This document shows positions 42,600 to 52,499 of a DNA stretch of 64,000 nucleotides, piece by piece (positions within the stretch are counted from its first letter, which is position 1; the number at the start of each line of letters is the position of its first letter). The notes under the pieces are model-generated. The model made no database searches. It had not been told where the DNA came from and was given only the letters and a program-made list of their open reading frames with translations. The translations under genes were made by a program, and so were the position numbers. The stretch lies in IMG/VR virus record IMGVR_UViG_3300003375_000022; one strand, written 5' to 3'. Origin of the DNA: an uncultured virus (IMG/VR IMGVR_UViG_3300003375_000022) (taxonomy: Duplodnaviria > Heunggongvirae > Uroviricota > Caudoviricetes).

Positions 42600-43892
42600 T
42601 TATTTATTAGTTGAATATATGTAGTGGTATATGTCTTTATCTATGATTTCCTGCGTTTTAAGCAAGCCTAAATCATTAATTTGTTTAGCCCATTTATAAT
42701 CTTCGCCGAAACTTAGGTTTTCAAATTTAATGTCCTTGATTAATTCTTTTTTCATTGGAACGATATGATTCGGAAACCTTAGATAATGTTCTTTACCTTC
42801 CCTATAAACAGCTTCGTACCCATGTCCAAGCCTTAGCTCAAATGTAACTTTACAGTCGCCGTTAGTTGTCATAAAACCATTAAAAACAATTACATCTGGG
42901 TTTTTACTTGCCGCGTTAACTATTTCGTTAATTGCGTAGTCAAAAATAAAATCGTCGTCGTCTACTTGCCAAATATATTTTCCTTTGGCTTGACTTATTA
43001 ATTCGTTTCGTTTTTGACCAGTGGTTATTTCTCGACCTCTGTCATCTGTTATGATTTGTACTTTACCTACTAAATTATTTTTTACTATTTGTGAATTTAG
43101 GTTCATTAGCATTTCACACAAATATCTTTCTCTTTCCGGAAGTGTCGGTATGAGTATTGATAAAACTACTTCATTAGACTCTGTGTGTTCTTGTTCTATT
43201 GTCTCTTCATTTATGCCTACTTTAATTATCATATCATTTATTAGCGGGAAGTTGGCTGCTTTTCTGGAGGCATAAAGTGTTTGCCCTTGTACCCAGTTTT
43301 TTTCCGTGGCTCTATAAGTTTCGTCCATCTCGGCTAATTGATTACACCAGTGCTCGTGTGGGAATTTTAGCTCTGGAGCCATAACGAGCCATTTATTTTT
43401 TTCTGTAGTCCAATACAGATCCTCGTCAACAAACATAGAACGGTATTCTGGAAACCAGAAATACCCAAGCGTTTCGTAAAGTTGCCTATTCATTATAGGA
43501 ATAGTTAAAACGGCTGTTTCAAATTTCTGCAAGCAATCGTCTACTTTTAATAGCGTTGGGGTATCGGTGTTTAAGAATTTTTCCCTAATCGCTAAATCCC
43601 AAGCGCGAGGACATTTAAAGTCGTCAGATAAATATATTAGCACATCGCCAGTTGCAATCTCGGCGGCTTTATTAGTAGCTTTTACAACGCAATCATTGTC
43701 GTTTACTATAACTATTGATGTATCTTTAAATAATTCTTTGTATCGCTCTACATCTATGTCGGTCGTGTCTAATGACACTATATGTTCTACTTCCACTAAA
43801 TCATGGGTGCTCATTTGGAGCATCCAATAATCATACGTTTTTTTTGCTTTTTCTGCGCGACCTCTTGAGGGGTGTAATAAAGTTACTTTCAT
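42600..43892 (-). CDS. Two-domain GT2 glycosyltransferase
   Basis: Domain 1 LLHPSRGR...YLSDDF; domain 2 LSILIPT...GKYIWQVDDDD...GEDYKW. Confidence 0.85.
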   Translation of the reverse strand: MKVTLLHPSRGRAEKAKKTYDYWMLQMSTHDLVEVEHIVSLDTTDIDVERYKELFKDTSIVIVNDNDCVVKATNKAAEIATGDVLIYLSDDFKCPRAWDLAIREKFLNTDTPTLLKVDDCLQKFETAVLTIPIMNRQLYETLGYFWFPEYRSMFVDEDLYWTTEKNKWLVMAPELKFPHEHWCNQLAEMDETYRATEKNWVQGQTLYASRKAANFPLINDMIIKVGINEETIEQEHTESNEVVLSILIPTLPERERYLCEMLMNLNSQIVKNNLVGKVQIITDDRGREITTGQKRNELISQAKGKYIWQVDDDDFIFDYAINEIVNAASKNPDVIVFNGFMTTNGDCKVTFELRLGHGYEAVYREGKEHYLRFPNHIVPMKKELIKDIKFENLSFGEDYKWAKQINDLGLLKTQEIIDKDIYHYIYSTNK

Positions 43893-44102
43893 TATTTTTT
43901 ATCTTTTTACTTCTGCAAAGCCTTTTCCTGATAGCCACCCTGCTTCATATTGCAGGGATTCTGTTTGCGCTGTTTTGTTTTTGTTTTCATTAGCCGCCCT
44001 TAATAGAAATATAGCGGAGTTTCTTCTTCGGTTGTTCTATTTAAGAATTCGATTCCTTTTTGAGTAATTGTTATAGTAATCATTGTTTAATTGTTTAATT
44101 GT

Positions 44103-44855
44103 TTAAAAATGTTTGCAATTTAATTTATGTATATGCGCGAAGTAACTAAACATTCTTTCGCACAAAAAAGTTTGCATCGGGTAATGATTAATCCCAAATG
44201 ATTGTTTTAAATTTTCAGGTAACGGCTTTCCGTATTTACTATCCTGCATTAATTGAGGCATACCTTTCATGATTTCCATTGCAGGTAAAAGCATTTCATT
44301 TACATATTTTTCATACACTTCTTTTTTTGCCACGAAATTATTGCAATAGAATACATTTTGATAAGAAGTTGGTCTCCATTCATATCCAATTTTTAGCATT
44401 ATGTACTGGAAGTAATTTTTAAAGTTTGGGTGGAACATATCGGCAAATGCAATTGTATCCTGTGGCTTATGTTTTTCAAAGCTCATAACGTCTGGTTTAT
44501 GAAACCTTAGTTCTGATTCAAACTTAGCTGGTGTAAATTTTTTATTTGAATGATTGGCTAAGTTTTCTATATAAGCCCACTGCTTATTCATTAAAGCAAG
44601 TTTATTCCTTAACCCATGTGATACAACACCAAAATATTCGCAATCATTATGTGCGCCGTTTTGTATTAGATCTACAATAACTTGGTTTTCAAAAAATACG
44701 TTGCAATTGTTGTTTGGATAAGGAATGTAATCTAAATCTTTTATTTGGCTTTCGTCGAAATAAACTTGGTATATTTTCAGGAAACTGCTCATTCTTATTT
44801 TTCGTTGTACAAACTTACTAAAAATAAATTTATTAAAATGAATAATGTTAAACAT
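44103..44855 (-). CDS. Glycan-synthesis-associated protein (DUF4422-like)
   Basis: YCNNFVAKKEVYEKY...FLCERMFS pattern; context. Confidence 0.5.
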   Translation of the reverse strand: MFNIIHFNKFIFSKFVQRKIRMSSFLKIYQVYFDESQIKDLDYIPYPNNNCNVFFENQVIVDLIQNGAHNDCEYFGVVSHGLRNKLALMNKQWAYIENLANHSNKKFTPAKFESELRFHKPDVMSFEKHKPQDTIAFADMFHPNFKNYFQYIMLKIGYEWRPTSYQNVFYCNNFVAKKEVYEKYVNEMLLPAMEIMKGMPQLMQDSKYGKPLPENLKQSFGINHYPMQTFLCERMFSYFAHIHKLNCKHF

Positions 44856-44972
44856 TTGTTAAAAAAATAAAGCCCTGCATTTCTGCAGAGCTTTACTAAC
44901 AAAATTGCAATTAAGCTTAAACAAGAGTTCCGCAACCCCTGAAACTTTACTATTGCAAAACCAATTTTTTAA

Positions 44973-45266
44973 TCAAACTACTGGAGCTGCCGCTGGAGCT
45001 GGGGGCAATGCACCACCTATAACCGATGCAATATTTGCATTAAGGTATTGGTCAACGCAATCCTCATCACTTAAACCATCTACCATTGGTGCGATATATT
45101 GGGAAACCTTTAATGGCACAGCACCTTCAACTTGTGAAGAAGCTTCGTCTGTGAATGTGTTTACCGTTCCTTTAATTGTTTTTGCATCTGTGTCTACCGT
45201 TAATGGTTCGATTGGTTGATGAAAAGAAGCTACAGAAAGTAGCACTTGTACCTGAATTGCTTTCAT
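44973..45266 (-). CDS. Hypothetical protein in its own transcription unit
   Basis: Likely start MKAIQVQ; TATATTTG at 45303-45310; hairpin near 44869-44894. Confidence 0.6.
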   Translation of the reverse strand: MKAIQVQVLLSVASFHQPIEPLTVDTDAKTIKGTVNTFTDEASSQVEGAVPLKVSQYIAPMVDGLSDEDCVDQYLNANIASVIGGALPPAPAAAPVV

Positions 45267-45331
45267 GTTTTTTTGTTTTAGATTAATTTTTTTATTAGAA
45301 AACAAATATATAAACAAATTTCTATTAAAGC

Positions 45332-45640
45332 AAAAAGCCCCACATAATGTGAGGCAATTTGTTTAGGCAGCCAATTTTACTTGAACTGCGTTGTTTGCGA
45401 ATCTGTAATCAGATAGGCTAACAACTTTTGTTGTTTTTTTGTCGTTTCCAACTTGTAATTTCTACTTTCAAAAACTACCATACGCTGTCAAAACCGAGCG
45501 CCCCCGATTTAATTTGGCAGAGCCGTTTTTTAGGTGGCTCCTGTGCTTTACGTTAACTACGCCGTACTGCATTTGTGGAGGCGGAGGGATTCGAACCCTC
45601 GTCCAAACATACTGTTAAAGAACATCAAACAAAATTACAC
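45332..45640 (-). ncRNA. ssrA: Circularly permuted (two-piece) tmRNA
   Basis: T-arm and acceptor 3' strand GAGGGTTCGAATCCCTC-CGCCTCC-A (ending 45576) precede the 5' strand GGGGGCG (starting 45505); G3:U70 pair; tag frame ends VKLAA-TAA at 45363; promoter 45643-45650; terminator 45332-45355. Confidence 0.88.
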
Positions 45641-45677
45641 CGCAAATATAGTTCTTATTTTTATATTTAAAAAAAGT

Positions 45678-45792
45678 AAAAACCCAGTATTGCGCAATAC
45701 TGGGTTAGTGATGTTGCAAAATACCTTTTCGATATAAGCTAAACGAGCCGAACTGGTGCGCTTGATTGAACAGAGGCGTCACGACTACTGTT
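45678..45792 (-). ncRNA. Candidate small RNA 1
   Basis: TATATTTG at 45797-45804; perfect palindrome AACCCAGTATTGCGCAATACTGGGTT then T tract. Confidence 0.5.
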
Positions 45793-45821
45793 GATGCAAA
45801 TATACACAAAATAATTAAAAC

Positions 45822-45887
45822 AAAAAAGCCAAACTTTTTACATTTGACTTAATTGTGTTCCCTACCAACACTATGCGCTTCGAAATG
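45822..45887 (-). ncRNA. Candidate small RNA 2
   Basis: TATATTTG at 45892-45899; AAGTCAAA/TTTGGCTT stem then T tract. Confidence 0.45.
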
Positions 45888-45915
45888 TGAGCAAATATAC
45901 AAATTTATTTTAAAT

Positions 45916-45985
45916 AAAAAATCCATCGTGAGGCGATGGATTAAAAAAGCGAGAAGAAAAAGTAAACTTCTGTTGCTTTTTATTC
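45916..45985 (-). ncRNA. Candidate small RNA 3
   Basis: TATATTTG at 45990-45997; ATCCATCG/CGATGGAT stem then T tract (could also terminate the upstream operon). Confidence 0.4.
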
Positions 45986-45997
45986 GGTTCAAATATA

Positions 45998-46399
45998 CTA
46001 CTTATCTACTAATCTTTGAATTAAGTTTCTATTTTCTTTTCTAAGTTTTTTTATTACTGCATTCTGGAATTTCAGCTTCTTTAGTAGAAGCACGTATCTT
46101 TCTTCTTTACGAGTTTCTATTCTTGCCAATCTTTTCTCTTGGGTTGTTGGTGTTTTGTTTTCGTAAACTCGTTTTTCTAATTCTGTTATCGCATTCCTTA
46201 GCAGCGTATTTTCTTCCTGCAAAGCAAATGTACTTGGCTGAGAGGTAAGATGCCATAGCTCGCAATATTTACACAGGTATGCGCGTACAGGGACAACCTT
46301 GCGTTTAGATCGCTTTTGAATATTTTTTAATTCAATTAAAGCAAATGCTTCGGTAGCAAATTTTGTTTTCTTGCAAAACATTTTGTTGTTGCCTGCCAT
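45998..46399 (-). CDS. Zinc-finger hypothetical protein
   Basis: C...RAYLCKYCELWHLTS then a coiled coil. Confidence 0.6.
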   Translation of the reverse strand: MAGNNKMFCKKTKFATEAFALIELKNIQKRSKRKVVPVRAYLCKYCELWHLTSQPSTFALQEENTLLRNAITELEKRVYENKTPTTQEKRLARIETRKEERYVLLLKKLKFQNAVIKKLRKENRNLIQRLVDK

Positions 46400-46568
46400 T
46401 AGTTTACATTATCCGTGTGTGTTGAAGCATTATACAAACCTCTATATACCTCTACAAGCGAATCTTTTGAAAAAGAAGAATAATATTTGTTTCTACCTTT
46501 AACGAATTGTCTGCTTCGGACATCTATTGATATTGCTCTTGTGAATTTTTTACCTTTTGTTACCATGC

Positions 46569-47636
46569 TTATTTGTTATTAAAATTTACACTATCTCCTA
46601 TTTGGCAAATATTAAAATAATCTTGAGTAACAACCTTTACTTCTACCAAAGTATCTTCTTTATATACTCCCCTAATAACAAGTCTATATTTAGGTGGTTC
46701 TACAACCATCATTTTTAAACCAACATCGTATCTTTGTTGGGATTCGCTGTAGTATTTTTCCACAACCATACCTTTATCTAAGTGGTCGCAAGAAGAAAAT
46801 ATAATCAGCGAAACAAAAACTAAATAATTCTTCATGAAATCTTTTATAAACTTAGGTATTGATTTCTTACTTGGCTTATATTTTTGTTTTTTAGCTACAC
46901 CTATATCGGTTCTTTTTAACTGGTAATTTTCAATGTCTTTTACTGGATGGAAAACATTATTTGGCAACAATAAAAAATGATCCATATTCCATTCGCCCAT
47001 AAAAACAATACTCTTTAATTCAAGGGGTACGCATACACTTAAATAATTATGCGCAGCAAGAGTATTGAACAATGCCTCTATATGAAATAATGTTTTTTTT
47101 CTGCCAACAAATTCAGTAACACATTGCAACATTTTTTTGGAAAAACCAGCCGCGCAAACCATAGAATGATAATAAGGAGCTTCTATTTTATTGATTATGG
47201 TTTTCCAATGCCAGTCTAAAACTACACCGTTATTGTATATATGATTAGAGGTTACAAGGTCGTGCTGAGAATATTTTTCGTCAAGGTTTTTAATTGTTTC
47301 TATGCTTGGTATAAAAACATCTTCTTCAAAAACCCAAAGGAAATCAAATTCTTTATTAATTACGCAAAAATGGAAAAGCATTTTATCGTAAGCTATAACT
47401 TTCTTTTTTATATGTGTTGAATTTTCGTCTATGTTTGCGCCAGCATATCCACTATATGCACATAGCTGGTCTTTAACCTGTATGAATTTAAAAGAGTATT
47501 TTTTTTCTTCGCAATTAAAATCGTTGTCATCAACAACAACAAATACTTCAAAATCTGTTTTTAAATAAACTTCTTCGGCAAACTTTAAAGTTTCTTCTTG
47601 AGGCTTGTTTGTAAGAAATACTACAGCTTTACGCAT
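46569..47636 (-). CDS. Glycosyltransferase-like protein fused in frame to a lipoprotein-like ORF
   Basis: WVFEEDV and FHPVK motifs; internal MKNYLVFVSLIIFSSC at 46835. Confidence 0.55.
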   Translation of the reverse strand: MRKAVVFLTNKPQEETLKFAEEVYLKTDFEVFVVVDDNDFNCEEKKYSFKFIQVKDQLCAYSGYAGANIDENSTHIKKKVIAYDKMLFHFCVINKEFDFLWVFEEDVFIPSIETIKNLDEKYSQHDLVTSNHIYNNGVVLDWHWKTIINKIEAPYYHSMVCAAGFSKKMLQCVTEFVGRKKTLFHIEALFNTLAAHNYLSVCVPLELKSIVFMGEWNMDHFLLLPNNVFHPVKDIENYQLKRTDIGVAKKQKYKPSKKSIPKFIKDFMKNYLVFVSLIIFSSCDHLDKGMVVEKYYSESQQRYDVGLKMMVVEPPKYRLVIRGVYKEDTLVEVKVVTQDYFNICQIGDSVNFNNK

Positions 47637-47638
47637 GG

Positions 47639-47932
47639 CTACAAATAGATAATATTTATGTTTAAGTTTTTGGCTAAATCATGCTCTATGATTGCACCCC
47701 TACTTTCTTTCCAATTCCTTAACATTATTAAATAATGGCATTCCATCATAGCTTTAATGTCCTCTCGCATGTAGGCTTCCCATGATTTATCGTGATTGTG
47801 ATTTAACTTAACCGGATTAACTGGTTCGTGCAAAAGTTCTATTGCAACTTTTTCTGCCTCTTCAAACATTTGTTCGTATTCCGATTTTTGCAGCCCAGTT
47901 ATTTTGCCAGATATATAAGCTTTTTGTTTCAT
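47639..47932 (-). CDS. DUF4406 / nucleoside deoxyribosyltransferase-like protein
   Basis: YISGKITG, PVNP, WKESRGAIIEH. Confidence 0.8.
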   Translation of the reverse strand: MKQKAYISGKITGLQKSEYEQMFEEAEKVAIELLHEPVNPVKLNHNHDKSWEAYMREDIKAMMECHYLIMLRNWKESRGAIIEHDLAKNLNINIIYL

Positions 47933-48590
47933 ATTTTATTGAAATTTTACAATGTAATCTTTATCTTTTTCCAAAAGAACAGCTAATTTATTTTCTGTTT
48001 TTGCACTCCTTATTCTTATTAGGTTAGGTTGTATTATTTTTTCAAGAACATAGTCACTACCATTGGAATTGATAAATTCTTGAGCCTTTGAATGTTTGGC
48101 TTTTAATACTACGTCTATTTTGTAGAAACCCAAGATTGCAATTTTACAACTGTGAACACTAAAGTTTTATCTTGCTTTGCAAAATATTCTTTTATACTTT
48201 CAAGCTCTTTCTCTGCTGAAATATTATGTTCTCCCCAATACGTTTCTTTGCTACACACTGTTCCCATTCCAAACTCATTTTCTAATTTTTGCACATAAGG
48301 TTTAAACTCTTCATGAGTTACATCTATTAGCTTAATACAGATTCTTTTATTTGCCATGCTTTTTATTTTTACCCTGTTATAATTATCTTCAATCCCTGAT
48401 ACCTGTATCTGTGTTTAGTATTCGCCTTTAATACCGCTTTCGTGAATGCCTCTTCTGGTTTATAAAAAACTTCTTTATTGATAACTTTTCCTGTCTTTTT
48501 TATTTCAACACCCATTACTGGGAAAATTTTTCCTTCTGGAGTTATGCAATTTTGTTCGTCCTCGCAGATCACAACTTTTTTCATCAATCA

Positions 48591-49340
48591 TTATTTAAAA
48601 TCCAGCCCATAAACACCCCACTCTTCATTTTCGTGTTTTGCTATACAGCCAGTATGTGCAAAAATAGGTATATTATTTGAAAAGCAGTCACGAGCAAAAT
48701 AAGAATCTGGATGATGCGAATCGTTTTCTACGTATCTAAATTTAATTTTGTTTAGAACTTTTTTACTTATAAGTACGCAACCTAAACCAACATGAAACAC
48801 CTGCTTTACCGTTCCATCTAAAAAAGCGCACTGATTTTGTTTTAACCCATGTACACCTATAACTTTATTCTCGTTTAAAATAGGTAGTTGAATCATTGGT
48901 CGCCTATGTTTTCCATTGTCAACAAAATATGTTGCGCCTATTACTTGTTTTTTTTGGAATAGTAACTGCTCTATAATATCTTTCTGTGGAATTACATCTG
49001 TTTCAAGATGCAGCAAATAGTCAAACTTATCATTTGTTAGCGCGTGGTTTCTGCAATCGTTATGACTCATACACATACGCTCTATAACGCTACCCATCCT
49101 TTTTCCGCCAATTTTATTTAGAACCAAGCTATTTATACATTTGAATTTTTCATCGTATCCGTATTTTGTTTCGTAAAATTTATTTAATGCTTTTGCATTT
49201 ACCCCTCCGTCTTGCGTATTATCAAAAAGAACAACTTCAAAGTTTGGATACGTAAACTTCATTACGTTATCGAGCCATTCTTCAAAGCAGTAATTTTTAG
49301 ATTTAGCGGTTGGGGCGGCTATAAGTATTTTAGGAAACAT
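48591..49340 (-). CDS. GT-A glycosyltransferase
   Basis: ILIAAPT, LHLETDV, GLGCVLISK, DSYF. Confidence 0.75.
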   Translation of the reverse strand: MFPKILIAAPTAKSKNYCFEEWLDNVMKFTYPNFEVVLFDNTQDGGVNAKALNKFYETKYGYDEKFKCINSLVLNKIGGKRMGSVIERMCMSHNDCRNHALTNDKFDYLLHLETDVIPQKDIIEQLLFQKKQVIGATYFVDNGKHRRPMIQLPILNENKVIGVHGLKQNQCAFLDGTVKQVFHVGLGCVLISKKVLNKIKFRYVENDSHHPDSYFARDCFSNNIPIFAHTGCIAKHENEEWGVYGLDFK

Positions 49341-50001
49341 GAGTTGGTTTTATTTTAATTAAAAACTCATATAATTTTTTATTCCACTTGGCGTCATCAA
49401 GCGCATCGTGTTCATTTTCTTGTTTTGGATATCCTTCTCTATTTTTAAATAATGTAAGTCTATTTTCGGTACATTCTTTACCTTCTACGGAATTCCATTG
49501 AGAAGCACTTTTTTCGTCAAGAATTTGTTTTAAATCAATACAGTACATTGGAAACCCATGCGGTAAATCCATCATTGTTCCAAACAATGAACATAAGACA
49601 ACCCAATCGTAATCCGCATAATAAGCGTACACTTCTATGTTTCTATCTGTAGTAAATTCATCGCTTCCGTAATCTGTGAATTCTGGTTTGTATCCAAAAA
49701 ATTGTTTTATTTCTTGTCTAATTTGATGGTTTGACTTCCACTGTTTTGCCGAAGTTGCATTTAGTCCGTTGAAATACCTCGTTGGTAATTTATCCAACAC
49801 GTTTTCTTTAACCCATTTGTTTGCATCTTTTGGATTGAACTCATTGCTAATGGCATAATACTCCCGACCATCTTCGGCAACAATTCCAATACTAATTAAT
49901 TGGATTGAATGGTAAGGCTTGTTGAATCTACCTATCGTTGGCAGAAACTTAAATGGTTTTTTAAACCCTTCGATAAACTCGGTATCAAAAAAATATCGCA
50001 T
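49330..50001 (-). CDS. DEDDh 3'-5' exoribonuclease (RNase AS/Rv2179c-like)
   Basis: YFFDTEFIE, LISIGIV, YADYDW, HDALDDAKW. Confidence 0.85.
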   Translation of the reverse strand: MRYFFDTEFIEGFKKPFKFLPTIGRFNKPYHSIQLISIGIVAEDGREYYAISNEFNPKDANKWVKENVLDKLPTRYFNGLNATSAKQWKSNHQIRQEIKQFFGYKPEFTDYGSDEFTTDRNIEVYAYYADYDWVVLCSLFGTMMDLPHGFPMYCIDLKQILDEKSASQWNSVEGKECTENRLTLFKNREGYPKQENEHDALDDAKWNKKLYEFLIKIKPTHVS

Positions 50002-50476
50002 ACTTGTTTTTTAAATTACTTAACCACTTCTTTAAGTTTCAAATAGAAGAACACCTTTTGCTCAACACTACTTTCTAAAAGTTCCTTATTTACATTTGTT
50101 AGTAGCCAGTTCACGTTTTTATTATTCGATTGCACACCTTTAGCCTTGCGCAAAACATCTTCGTATTTCGCTCGCATTTCAACCAAGTCTTTATCGAACT
50201 TTTCTGAATATTTTTTAAAGTGCGTTTCTTTTTCTTTAATTATGCTCGTTAATGTTTCTATTCTTGAATTGGTGTCTATTAAAAGTATTTTATTTTCGTT
50301 ATGCGCGTAAACATCAACAGATTTTCTTTCTTGAATATGCCTTTGGTATTCGATTTCATAAGCTTCAATGCTATTCTTACGCATTGTCAAGCGCATTAAG
50401 AGTTCTTTATCTATATCAAGGGTTTTTAATAAAGAACGCATTGTTTCTGACTCGGTTTTAATTTCCTTTGTTTCCA

Positions 50477-51019
50477 TTAGTCTTTTATGGTTTTGAGCAT
50501 TCCTTTGCTGTCTATATTTTCTTCTGAAGAAGCTATAACCGTATTTATTTTTTTAACTGTTATCTTAGCTTCCTTTACGTTTTTAATAGCGTCTTCAAGT
50601 TTTTTAATTTTCAGCAATGAATCTTTCACAAATGTGGGCGATATAACGTAGTTGTCGTCAATAATAACGTAATACTTACAAACACTATTTTCGATTAACC
50701 AACGCTTTCTATCTTCAATGGTGGTCGCACCTTTTTCGGCTATCCAAAGTGCGCGCACTTTTGTTGCGCCTTTTTTAATTGAATTAATTTGCGTGGTTAG
50801 GTTTTTTAAAAACTTTTGCATTTTAACTTCTGGTTTTTCTTTATCGCCTTCTACTTTCATGTTTCCATAAACAAGTATTTCTAAAAGCACTGGCGGCACT
50901 TTTTCTGTTACGGCTACATTTTCGGTGTTCACTACTACTGGTTCTTCTTCGGTTACTTTTTTCATATTTATACTTTTTAGATTTGTGTTTCCGTTTGTTA
51001 TTATTTCTGCTTTTTTCAT
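50477..51019 (-). CDS. Degenerate GT2-like protein
   Basis: TTIEDRKRWLIENSVCKYYVIIDD resembles ITTGQKRNELISQAKGKYIWQVDD of 42600-43892. Confidence 0.45.
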   Translation of the reverse strand: MKKAEIITNGNTNLKSINMKKVTEEEPVVVNTENVAVTEKVPPVLLEILVYGNMKVEGDKEKPEVKMQKFLKNLTTQINSIKKGATKVRALWIAEKGATTIEDRKRWLIENSVCKYYVIIDDNYVISPTFVKDSLLKIKKLEDAIKNVKEAKITVKKINTVIASSEENIDSKGMLKTIKD

Positions 51020-51421
51020 TTTACGCCGAATTGTATTAATATTTCTTTTTTCCTTTTTACCTCTTCTTCTATATTTCCATTGCTTATAGTTTTTAACCCA
51101 GTATCATTAGTTTGCCAAGCTAAACCTTCGTTATCAATTATTATTGTTTCTTGTTGCAGCAGAATGAACTTTTCTTCTGGCTCTTTAACATCAATGTATT
51201 TTAGATATATTTGTGTGTCTTGCTGGTTTAATGCAAGTCCGTCATAAGGACACTTACAAAGACGTAACTCTTTGTGGTTTGTAGTAGTTGATACGCCACC
51301 AACCTCTGTTACTTTAAATTTTCCTTCGAAGAAGACATCAAACTCTTCCATAACTTCCTGCGACCATATTAATTTTTTGCTTTTCATTTGGTTTTGGTTT
51401 TTACTGTATTAAAGTTTTTTT

Positions 51422-52132
51422 TCATTCTGTTAATTCTCTTTGTTGTTTAACTATTTCTTCTACTTTATTTTTATACACTTGCCAGCTTTCCTTGGTTTTT
51501 TTAGGGAACAAAATTTCGTTTTCAATTTCTATTTTAGCGCACGTATTTTTCAATACATAAAAATTATTGTACCCATTGGAACTCGCGCGGAAGCAATAAT
51601 CAATTTGTTCAAAACCAGTTATATTTTCACTTTCTTCAAACAAGCCTACTTTATCAAACACTTCTTTACTGGCAAACATTATTCCTTCTACGGTATTATG
51701 TTCGGTAGTCCAAACCTCATTAAATAAATCATTCTCTTGTAAGATAGAGGTCATTAATGTTTTTTCGATTCCGTTTCTAATTCCTATAATTCCACTGTCT
51801 TTATATAGCCTATGTGCGCTTAATAGGTTTTCAAGCCAAGCTTCGTTCACTAACGCATGAACAGGAAACAAACATATATAATCTTCCTTGCAATTCTGTA
51901 GAAATAAATTTGTTGCATTTGAAATATTTTTTGATTCGGGTAATTGAAAAACAATTCCTTTGTATTTTGAACACAAGTCCATGTATAATTCAGCCAAGCG
52001 ATTATCCTTGCACCCATTTAGCGTTAGATATATTTTTGGGCTTAATGAAGTTTTTGCGATTAGGTTTTCTACGCAATAGCGAGACTCCCAGTAGGAATCA
52101 TTTAGAATTACGTTTATTGCTATTGTATTCAT
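51422..52132 (-). CDS. GT2-like protein, apparently lacking DxD
   Basis: NISNATN...DYICLF, WLENLL, VFDKVGLFEE, EQIDYCFRA. Confidence 0.65.
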   Translation of the reverse strand: MNTIAINVILNDSYWESRYCVENLIAKTSLSPKIYLTLNGCKDNRLAELYMDLCSKYKGIVFQLPESKNISNATNLFLQNCKEDYICLFPVHALVNEAWLENLLSAHRLYKDSGIIGIRNGIEKTLMTSILQENDLFNEVWTTEHNTVEGIMFASKEVFDKVGLFEESENITGFEQIDYCFRASSNGYNNFYVLKNTCAKIEIENEILFPKKTKESWQVYKNKVEEIVKQQRELTE

Positions 52133-52499
52133 ACCTATTTATGCTGCGCAAATATAATAAATTAATTTTCTAAGAAACGTATTTTGAGAAATTTTTAGCA
52201 GCTTTTTTAGCTTGTTCCATTGATGTAATAACCACACTTCCTCTTTCGGTAAAAGGAATTACTTCTTCTACATTTTCACAATATTCTGATTTATCCATTT
52301 TCTTTTTATACTTTATATAATCAGTATGCGCTTTGCTCATTTTCCATTTTTCATCAAATAGCTTATCCCCTATTTTAAATGAACATCCTGCCCTATGTGA
52401 ATAACCTCTGTAAGCGATTAGCTTGCCCGTTTTCTTTTCTGTTATAGATTGAAGACCTAACTCTAAGTCTTTATATTCATATTTTCTTTTATCCATTAT

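Noticed and set aside
37955..44855. Host capsule or LPS locus
   Set aside because: No wzx/wzy/wza or nucleotide-sugar genes recognised; interleaved with phage-type genes with uniform strand and composition
45574..45610. Stand-alone tRNA gene or integration-site remnant
   Set aside because: No D-arm or anticodon arm upstream; the matching 5' acceptor strand and a tag frame lie downstream, which fits a permuted tmRNA
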